Below, piece by piece: positions 1 to 11,199 of a stretch of DNA of 64,000 bases; within the stretch, counting starts at the first letter, position 1, and each line of letters opens with the position of its first letter. The notes beneath the pieces were generated by a model. The model did not search any database and was not told where the DNA came from. It saw nothing but the letters and a program-made list of their open reading frames with translations. The translations under genes and the position numbers were made by a program. This stretch comes from Azolla caroliniana (lineage: Eukaryota; Plantae; Polypodiophyta): the NCBI GenBank assembly GCA_043228905.1, contig JBHGNT010000033.1, forward strand, positions 248,001 to 312,000, in the 5' to 3' direction.

Positions 1-3000
1 TGTGTTCAAACATGCATATCGAAGCTAACAACGCTAGCTATGATATAGAATTAAAAAATCGAGATTTTGAAACTCAGGTCGAGAGACATGAAGAAATTAG
101 CAAATTTGAGGAGGTACTTGAGAAGAGCTCGTGAGTCAATTATAATGTTCATACCTGGCTCGTGTGCTATCGGATTTTTGTGTTCAAACATGCGTATCGA
201 AGCTCACAACGGTAGCTATGATATAGAATTAAAAAATCGAGATTTTGAAACTCAGGTCGAGAGACATGAAGAAATTAGCAAATTTTAGGAGGTAATTGAG
301 AAGAGCCCGTGAGTCAATTCTAATGTTCATACCTGGCTCGTGTGATATCGGATTTTTGTGTTCAAACATGCGTATCGAAGCAAACAACGCTAGCTATGAT
401 ATAGAATTAAAAAATCAGGTCGAGAGACATGAAGAAATTAGCAAATTTGAGGAGGGATTTTAGAAGAGCCCGTGACTAAATTAAAAAGTTCATACCCGGC
501 TCGTGTGATATCGGATTTTTGTGTTCAAACATGAGTACTGAAGCTAACAACGCTAGCTATGATATAGAATTAAAAAATCGAGATTTTGAAACTCAGGTCG
601 AGAAACATGAAGAAATTAGCAAATTTGAGGAGGGAGTTTAGAAGAGCGCGTGAGTAAATTAAAATGTTCATACCTGGCTCGTGTGATATCGGATTTTTGT
701 GTTCAAACATGCGTATCGAAGCAAACAACGCTAGCTATGATATAGAATTAAAAAATCAGGTCGAGAGACATGAAGAAATTAGCAAATTTGAGGAGGGATT
801 TTAGAAGAGCCCGTGACTAAATTAAAATGTTCATACCCGGCTCGTGTGATATCGGATTTTTGTGTTCAAACATGAGTACTGAAGCTAACAACGCTAGCTA
901 TGATATAGAATTAAAAAATCGAGATTTCGAAACTCAGGTCGAGAGACATGAAGAAATTAGCAAATTTGAGGAGGGACTTTAGAAGAGCGCGTGAGTAAAT
1001 TAAAATGTTCATACCTGGCTCGTGTGATATCGGATTTTTGTGTTCAAACATGAGTACTGAAGCAAACAACGCTAGCTATGATATGGAATTAAAAAATCGA
1101 GATTTTGAAACTCAGGTCGAGAGACATGAAGAAATTAGCAAATTTGAGGAGACATGAAGAAATTAGCAAATATGAGGAGGTACTTGAGAAGAGCTCGTGA
1201 GTCAATTATAATGTTCATACCTGGCTCGTGTGCTATCGGATTTTTGTGTTCAAACATGCATATCGAAGCTAACAACGCTAGCTATGATATAGATTTAAAA
1301 AATCGAGATTTTGAAACTCAGGTCGAGAGACATGAAGAAATTAGCAAATTTGAGGAGGTACTTGAGAAGAGCTCGTGAGTCAATTATAATGTTCATACTT
1401 GCCTCGTGTGATATCGGATTTTTGTGTTCAAATATGCGTATCGAAGCTAACAACGCTAGCGATGATATAGAATTAAAAAATCAAGTTTTTGAAACTCAGG
1501 TCGAGAGACATGAAGAAATTAGCAAATTTGAGGAGGTATGAAGAAATTAGCAAATTTGAGGAGGTATCCAAGCTAACAACGCAAGCTATGATATGGAATT
1601 AAAAAATCGAGATTTTGAAACTCAGGTCGAGAGACATGAAGAAATTAGCAAATTTGAGGAGACATGAAGAAATTAGCAAATTTGAGGAGGTACTTGAGAA
1701 GAGCCCGTGAGTGAATTATAATGTTCATACCTGGCTCGTGTGATATCGGATTTTTGTGTTCAAACATGCGTATCGAAGCTAACAACGCTAGCTATGATAT
1801 AGAATTAAAAAATTGAGATTTTGAAACTCAGGTCGAGAGACTTGAAGAAATTAGCAAATTTGAGGAGGGATTTTAGAAGAGCCCGTGACTAAATTAAAAT
1901 GTTCATACCTGGCTCGTGTGATATCGGATTTTTGTGTTCAAACATGCGTATCGAAGCTAACAACGCTAGCTATGATATTGAATTTAAAAATCAAGATTTT
2001 GAAACTCAGGTCGAGAGACATGAAGAAATTAGCAAATTTGAGTAGGGATTTTAGAAGAGCCCGTGACTAAATTAAAAAGTTCATACCCGGCTCGTGTGAT
2101 ATCGGATTTTTGTGTTCAAACATGAGTACTGAAGCTAACAACGCTAGCTATGATATAGAATTAAAAAATCGAGATTTTGAAACTCAAGTCGAGAGACATG
2201 AAGAAATTAGCAAATTTGAGGAGGGAGTTTAGAAGAGTGCGTGAGTAAATTAAAATGTTCATACCTGGCTCGTGTGATATCGGATTTTTGTGTTCAAACA
2301 TGCGTATCGAAGCAAACAACGCTAGCTATGATATAGAATTAAAAAATCAGGTCGAGAGACATGAAGAAATTAGCAAATTTGAGGAGGGATTTTAGAAGAG
2401 CCCGTGACTAAATTAAAATGTTCATACCCGGCTCGTGTGATATCGGATTTTTGTGTTCAAACATGAGTACTGAAGCTAACAACGCTAGCTATGATATAGA
2501 ATTAAAAAATCGAGATTTTGAAACTCAGGTCGAGAGACATGAAGAAATTAGCAAATTTGAGGAGGGACTTTAGAAGAGCGCGTGAGTAAATTAAAATGTT
2601 CATACCTGGCTCGTGTGATATCGGATTTTTGTGTTCAAACATGAGTACTGAAGCTAACAACGCTAGCTATGATATAGAATTAAAAAATCGAGATTTTGAA
2701 ACTCAGGTCGAGAGACATGAAGAAATTAGCAAATTTGAGGAGGTACTTGAGAAGAGCCCGTGAGTCAATTATAATGTTCATACCTGGCTCATGTGATATC
2801 GGATTTTTGTGTTCAAACATGAGTATGGAAGCTCACAACGCTAGTTATGATATAGAATTAAAAAATCGAGATTTTGAAACACAGGTCGAGAGACATGAAG
2901 AAATTGGCAAATTTGAGGAGGGACTTTAGAAGAGCCCGTGACTAAATTAAAATGTTGATACCTGGCTCGTGTGCTATCGGATTTTTGTGTTCAAACATGC

Positions 3001-5220
3001 GTATCCAAGCTAACAACGCTAGCTATGATATGGAATTAAAAAATCGAGATTTTGAAACTCAGGTCGAGAGACATGAAGAAATTAGCAAATTTGAGGAGAC
3101 ATGAAGAAATTAGCAAATTTGAGGAGGTACTTGAGAAGAGCCCGTGAGTCAATTATAATGTTCATACCTGGCTCGTGTGCTATCGGATTTTTGTGTTCAA
3201 ACATGCATATCGAAGCTAACAACGCTAGCTATGATATAGAATTAAAAAATCGAGATTTTGAAACTCAGGTCGAGAGACATGAAGAAATTAGCAAATTTGA
3301 GGAGGTACTTGAGAAGAGCTCGTGAGTCAATTATAATGTTCATACCTGGCTCGTGTGCTATCGGATTTTTGTGTTCAAACATGCGTATCGAAGCTCACAA
3401 CGGTAGCTGTGATATAGAATTAAAAAATCGAGATTTTGAAACTCAGGTCGAGAGACATGAAGAAATTAGCAAATTTTAGGAGGTAATTGAGAAGAGCCCG
3501 TGAGTCAATTCTAATGTTCATACCTGGCTCGTGTGATATCGGATTTTTGTGTTCAAACATGCGTATCGAAGCAAACAACGCTAGCTATGATATAGAATTA
3601 AAAAATCAGGTCGAGAGACATGAAGAAATTAGCAAATTTGAGGAGGGATTTTAGAAGAGCCCGTGACTAAATTAAAAAGTTCATACCCGGCTCGTGTGAT
3701 ATCGGATTTTTGTGTTCAAACATGAGTACTGAAGCTAACAACGCTAGCTATGATATAGAATTAAAAAATCGAGATTTTGAAACTCAGGTCGAGAGACATG
3801 AAGAAATTAGCAAATTTGAGGAGGGAGTTTAGAAGAGCGCGTGAGTAAATTAAAATGTTCATACCTGGCTCGTGTGATATCGGATTTTTGTGTTCAAACA
3901 TGCGTATCGAAGCAAACAACGCTAGCTATGATATAGAATTAAAAAATCAGGTCGAGAGACATGAAGAAATTAGCAAATTTGAGGAGGGATTTTAGAAGAG
4001 CCCGTGACTAAATTAAAATGTTCATACCCGGCTCGTGTGATATCGGATTTTTGTGTTCAAACATGAGTACTGAAGCTAACAACGCTAGCTATGATATAGA
4101 ATTAAAAAATCGAGATTTCGAAACTCAGGTCGAGAGACATGAAGAAATTAGCAAATTTGAGGAGGGACTTTAGAAGAGCGCGTGAGTAAATTAAAATGTT
4201 CATACCTGGCTCGTGTGATATCGGATTTTTGTGTTCAAACATGAGTACTGAAGCTAACAACGCTAGCTATGATATGGAATTAAAAAATCGAGATTTTGAA
4301 ACTCAGGTCGAGAGACATGAAGAAATTAGCAAATTTGAGGAGACATGAAGAAATTAGCAAATATGAGGAGGTACTTGAGAAGAGCTCGTGAGTCAATTAT
4401 AATGTTCATACCTGGCTCGTGTGCTATCGGATTTTTGTGTTCAAACATGCATATCGAAGCTAACAACGCTAGCTATGATATAGATTTAAAAAATCGAGAT
4501 TTTGAAACTCAGGTCGAGAGACATGAAGAAATTAGCAAATTTGAGGAGGTACTTGAGAAGAGCTCGTGAGTCAATTATAATGTTCATACTTGCCTCGTGT
4601 GATATCGGATTTTTGTGTTCAAATATGCGTATCGAAGCTAACAACGCTAGCGATGATATAGAATTAAAAAATCAAGTTTTTGAAACTCAGGTCGAGAGAC
4701 ATGAAGAAATTAGCAAATTTGAGGAGGTATGAAGAAATTAGCAAATTTGAGGAGGTATCCAAGCTAACAACGCAAGCTATGATATGGAATTAAAAAATCG
4801 AGATTTTGAAACTCAGGTCGAGAGACATGAAGAAATTCGCAAATTTGAGGAGACATGAAGAAATTAGCAAATTTGAGGAGGTACTTGAGAAGAGCCCGTG
4901 AGTGAATTATAATGTTCATACCTGGCTCGTGTGATATCGGATTTTTGTGTTCAAACATGCGTATCGAAGCTAACAACGCTAGCTATGATATAGAATTAAA
5001 AAATTGAGATTTTGAAACTCAGGTCGAGAGACTTGAAGAAATTAGCAAATTTGAGGAGGGATTTTAGAAGAGCCCGTGACTAAATTAAAATGTTCATACC
5101 TGGCTCGTGTGATATCGGATTTTTGTGTTCAAACATGCGTATCGAAGCTAACAACGCTAGCTATGATATTGAATTTAAAAATCAAGATTTTGAAACTCAG
5201 GTCGAGAGACATGAAGAAAT
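1..5220 (+). repeat. 18-monomer higher-order repeat, period 3,191 bp (about 1.6 copies visible)
   Basis: Matching pairs 67/3258, 1154/4345, 1311/4502 and 1885/5076 are all offset by 3191. 18x178 - 3x15 + 3x28 - 52 = 3191. Confidence 0.92.
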
Positions 5221-8200
5221 TAACCAATTTGAGGAGGTACTTGAGAAGAGCCCGTGAGTCAATTATAATGTTCATACCTGGCTCGTGTGATATCGGATTT
5301 TTGTGTTCAAACATGCGTATGGAAGCTAACAACGCTAGCTATGATATAGAATTAAAAAATCGAGATTTTGAAACTCAGGTCGAGAGACATGAAGAAATTA
5401 GCAAATTTGAGGAGGGACTTGAGAAGAGCGCGTGAGTCAATTAAAATGTTCATACCTGGCTCGTGTGATATCGCATTTTCGTGTTCAAACATGCGTATCG
5501 AAGCTTAGAACGCTAGCTATGATATCGAATTAAAAAATCGAGATTTTGAAACACAGGTCGAGAGATATGAAGAAATTAGCAAATTTGAGGAGGGACTTGA
5601 GAAGAGCGCGTGAGTCAATTATAATGTTCATACCTGGCTCGTGTGATATCGGATTTTTGTGTTTAAACATGCGTATGGAAGCTAACAACGCTAGCTATGT
5701 TATGGAATTAAAAAATCAAGATTTCGAAATTTAGGTCCAGAGACATGAAGAAATTAGCAAATTTGAGGAGGGACTTAAGAAGAGCCCTTGAGTCAATTAA
5801 AATCGTCATACCTAGCTCGTGTGATATCGAATTTTTGTGTTCAGACATGCGTATCGAAGCTAACAACGCTAGCTATGATATTGAATTAAAAAATCAAGAT
5901 TTTGATACTCAGGTCTAGAGACATGAAAAAATTAACAAATTTGAGGAGGGACTGAAGAAGAGCCCGTGAGTCAATTAAAATGTTCATAGCTAAGAAGAGC
6001 CCGTATCGAGGCTAACAACGCTAGCTATGATATGGAATTTAAAAAACAAGTTTTTGGAACTCAGGTCGAGAGACATGAAGAAATTAGCAAATTTGAGGAG
6101 GTACTTGAGAAGAGCCCGTGAGTCAATTATAATGTTCATACCTGGCTCGTGTGATATCGGATTTTTGTGTTCAAACATGAGTATGGAAGCTAACAACGCT
6201 AGTTATGATATAGAATTAAAAAATCGAGATTTTGAAACACAGGTCGAGAGACATGAAGAAATTAGCAAATTTGAGGAGGGACTTTAGAAGAGCCCGTGAC
6301 TAAATTAAAATGTTGATACCTGGCTCGTGTGCTATCGGATTTTTGTGTTCAAACATACGTATCCAAGCTAACAATGCTAGCCATGATATGGAATTAAAAA
6401 ATCGAGATTTTGAAACTCAGGTCGAGAGACATGAAGAAATTAGCAAATTTGAGGAGGTAGTGGAGAAGAGCCCGTGAGTCAATTATAATGTTCATACCTG
6501 GCTCGTGTGATATCAGATTTTTGTGTTCAAACATGCGTATCGAACCTAACAACGCTAGCTATGATATAGAATTAAAAAATCGAGATTTTGAAACTCAGGT
6601 CGAGAGACATGAAGAAATTAGCAAATTTGAGGAGGGACTTGAGAAGAGCTCGTGAGTCAATTATAATGTTCATACCTGGCTCGTGTGCTATAGGATTTTT
6701 GTGTTCAAACATGCGTATCGAAGCTAACAATGCTAGCTATGATATGGAATTAAAATATAAAGATTTTGAAAAATCAGGTCGACAGACATGAAGAAATTAG
6801 CATATTTGAGGAGGTAGTGGAGAAGAGCCCGTTAGGAAATAAAAATGTTCATACCTGGCTCGTGTGATATCGGATTTTTGTGTTCAAACATGCGTATCGA
6901 AGCTAACAACGCTAGCTATGATAAGGAATTAAAATATAAAGAAATCAGGTCGAGAGACATGAAGAAATTAGCAAATTTGAGGAGGTACTTGAGAAGAGCT
7001 CGTGAGTCAATTATAATGTTCATACCTGGCTCGTGTGCTATCGGATTTTTGTGTTCAAACATGCGTATGGAAGCTCACAACGGTAGCTATGATATAGAAT
7101 TAAAAAATCGAGATTTTGAAACTCAGGTCGAGAGACATGAAGAAATTAGCAAATTTTAGGAGGTAATTGAGAAGAGCCCGTGAGTCAATTCTAATGTTCA
7201 TACCTGGCTCGTGTGATATCGGATTTTTGTGTTCAAACATGCGTATCGAAGCAAACAACGCTAGCTATGATATAGAATTAAAAAATCAAGATTTTGAAAC
7301 TCAGGTCCAGAGACATGAAGAAATTAGCAAATTTGAGGAGGGATTTTAGAAGAGCCCGTGACTAAATTAAAATGTTCATACCCGGTTCGTGTGATATCGG
7401 ATTTTTGTGTTCAAACATGAGTACTGAAGCTAACAACGCTAGCTATGATATAGAATTAAAAAATCGAGATTTTGAAACTCAGGTCGAGAGACATGAAGAA
7501 ATTAGCAAATTTGAGGAGGGACTTTAGAAGAGCGCGTGAGTAAATTAAAATGTTCATACCTGGCTCGTGTGATATCGGATTTTTGTGTTCAAACATGAGT
7601 ACTGAAGCTAACAACGCTAGCTATGATATAGAATTAAAAAATCGAGATTTTGAAACTCAGGTGGAGAGACATGAAGAAATTAGCAAACTTGAGGAGGTAC
7701 TTGAGAAGAGCCCGTGAGTCAATTATAATGTTCATACCTGGCTCGTGTGATATCGGATTTTTGTGTTCAAACATGCGTATCGAAGCTAACAACGCTAGCT
7801 ATGATATAGAATTAAAAAAACAAGTTTTTGAAACTCAGGTCGAGAGACATGAAGAAATTAGCAAATTTGAGGAGGTCCTTGAGAAGAGCTCGTGAGTCAA
7901 TTATAATGTTCATACCTGGCTTTTGTTCTATCGGATTTTTGTGTTCAAACATGCATATCGAAGCTCACAACGCTAGCTATGATATAGAATTAAAAAATCG
8001 AGATTTTGAAACTTAGGTCGAGAGACATGAAGAAATTAGAAAACTTGAGGAGGTACTTGAGAAGAGCCCGTGAGTCAATTATAATGTTCATACTTGGCTC
8101 GTGTGATATCGGATTTTTGTGTTCAAATATGCGTATCGAAGCTAACAACGCTAGCGATGATATAGAATTAAAAAATCAAGTTTTTGAAACTCAGGTCGAG

Positions 8201-11199
8201 AGACATGAAGAAATTAGCAAATTTGAGGAGGTATGAAGAAATTAGCAAATTTGAGGAGGTATCCAAGCTAACAACGCTAGCTATGATATGGAATTAAAAA
8301 ATCGAGATTTTGAAATTCAGGTCGAGAGACATGAAGAAATTAGCAAATTTGAGGAGACATGAAGAAATTAGCAAATTTGAGGAGGTACTTGAGAAGAGCC
8401 CGTGAGTGAATTATAATGTTCATACCTGGCTCGTGTGATATCAGATTTTTGTGTTCAAACATGAGTACTGAAGCTAACAATGCTAGATATGATATAGAAT
8501 TAAAAAATCGAGATTTTGAAACTCAGGTCGAGAGACATGAAGAAATTAGCAAATTTGAGGAGGTACTTGAGAAGAGCCCGTGAGTGAATTATAATGTTCA
8601 TACCTGGCCGTTGTGATATCGGATTTTTGTGTTCAAACATGAGTACTGAAGCTAACAACGCTAGCTATGATATAGAATTAAAAAATCGAGATTTTAAAAC
8701 TCAGGTCGAAAGACATGAAGAAATTAGCAAATATGAGGAGGTACTTGAGAAGAGCTCGTGAGTCAATTATAATGTTCATACCTGGCTCGTGTGCTATCGG
8801 ATTTTTGTGTTCAAACATGCATATCGAAGCTAACAACGCTAGCTATGATATAGAATTAAAAAATCGAGATTTTGAAACTCAGGTCGAGAGACATTAAGAA
8901 ATTAGCAAATTTGAGGAGGTACTTGAGAAGAGCTCGTGAGTCAATTATAATGTTCATACCTGGCTCGTGTGATTTCGGATTTTTGTGTTCAAACATGAGT
9001 ACTGAAGCTAACAATGCTAGCTATGATATAGAATTAAAAAATCGAGATTTTGAAACTCAGGTCGAGAGACATGAAGAAATTAGCAAATTTGAGGAGGTAC
9101 TTGAGAAGAGCTCGTGAGTCAATTATAATGTTCATACTTGCCTCGTGTGATATCGGATTTTTGTGTTCAAATATGCGTATCGAAGCTAACAACGCTAGCG
9201 ATGATATAGAATTAAAAAATCAAGTTTTTGAAACTCAGGTCGAGAGACATGAAGAAATTAGCAAATTTGAGGAGGTATGAAGAAATTAGCAAATTTGAGG
9301 AGGTATCCAAGCTAACAACGCAAGCTATGATATGGAATTAAAAAATCGAGATTTTGAAACTCAGGTCGAGAGACATGAAGAAATTAGCAAATTTGAGGAG
9401 ACATGAAGAAATTAGCAAATTTGAGGAGGTACTTGAGAAGAGCCCGTGAGTGAATTATAATGTTCATACCTGGCTCGTGTGATATCAGATTTTTGTGTTC
9501 AAACATGAGTACTGAAGCTAACAATGCTAGATATGATATAGAATTAAAAAATCGAGATTTTGAAACTCAGGTCGAGAGACATGAAGAAATTAGCAAATTT
9601 GAGGAGGTACTTGAGAAGAGCCCGTGAGTGAATTATAATGTTCATACCTGGCCGTTGTGATATCGGATTTTTGTGTTCAAACATGAGTACTAAAGCTAAC
9701 AACGCTAGCTATGATATAGAATTAATAAAATCGAGATTTTAAAACTCAGGTCGAAAGACATGAAGAAATTAGCAAATTTGAGGAGGGCCTTTAGAAGAGC
9801 CCGTGACTAAATTAAAATGTTGATACCTGGCTCGTGTGCTATCGGATTTTTGTGTTCAAACATGCGTATCCAAGCTAACAACGCTAGCTATGATATGGAA
9901 TTAAAAAATCAAGTTTTTGAAACTCAGGTCGAGAGACATGAAGAAATTAGCAAATTTGAGGAGGTCCTTGAGAAGAGCTCGTGACGCAATTATAATGTCC
10001 ATACTTGGCTTTTGTGCTATCGGATTTTTGTGTTCAAACATGCGTATCGAAGCACACCACGCTAGCTATGATATAGAATTAAAAAATCGAGATTTTGAAA
10101 CTCAGGTGGAGAGACATGAAGAAATTAGCAAACTTGAGGAGGTACTTGAGAAGAGCCCGTGAGTCAATTATAATGTTCATACCTGGCTCGTGTGATATCG
10201 GATTTTTTTGTTCAAACATGCGTATGGAAGCTAACAACGCTAGCTATGATATACAATTAAAAAATCAAGTTTTTGAAACTCAGGTCGAGAGACATGAAGA
10301 AATTAGCAAATTTGAGGAGGTCCTTGAGAAGAGCTCGTGACTCAATTATAATGTTCATACCTGGCTTTTGTGCTATAGGATTTTTGTGTTCAAACATGCG
10401 TATCGAAGCTCACAACGCTAGCTATGATATAGAATTAAAAAATCGAGATTTTGTAACTGAGGTCGAGAGACATGAAGAAATTAGCAAACTTGAGGAGGTA
10501 CTTGAGAAGAGCCCGTGAGTCAATTATAATGTTCATACTTGGCTCGTGTGATATCGGATTTTTGTGTTCAAACATGCGTATCGAAGCTAACAACGCTAGT
10601 TATGATATAGAATTAAAAAATCTAGATTTTGAAACACAGGTCGAGAGATATGAAGAAATTAGCAAATTTGAGGAGGGGCTTTAGAAGAGCCCTTGAATAA
10701 ATTAAAATGTTGATACCTGGCTCGTGTGCTATCGGATTTTTGTGTTCAAACATGCGTATCCAAGCTAACAACGCTAGCTATGATATGGAATTAAAAAATC
10801 GAGATTTTGAAACTCAGGTCGAGAGACATGAAGAAATTAGCAAATTTGAGGAGACATGAAGAAATTAGCAAATTTGAGGAGGTACTTGAGAAGAGCCCGT
10901 GAGTGAATTATAATGTTCATACCTGGCTCGTGTGATTTCGGATTTTTGTGTTCAAACATGAGTACTGAAGCTAACAATGCTAGCTATGATATAGAATTAA
11001 AAAATCGAGATTTTGAAACTCAGGTCGAGAGACATGAAGAAATTAGCAAATTTGAGGAGGTACTTGAGAAGAGCCCGTGAGTGAATTATAATGTTCATAC
11101 CTGGCCGTTGTGATATCGGATTTTTGTGTTCAAACATGAGTACTGAAGCTAACAACGCTAGCTATGATATAGAATTAAAAACTCGAGAGTTTAAAACTC

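Noticed and set aside
108-115. Shine-Dalgarno-like GAGGAGG in each monomer
   Set aside because: No suitably spaced start of a credible CDS follows it, and the context is satellite DNA.
1-178. Identity with Arabidopsis thaliana CEN178
   Set aside because: Only the length matches. I see no sequence resemblance to the CEN178 consensus as I recall it, and a BLAST search would settle it.
4764-6196. Three minus-strand ORFs suggesting an inversion or insert
   Set aside because: The sequence remains plus-orientation monomer, and the ORFs arise from point changes or indels that remove stops.
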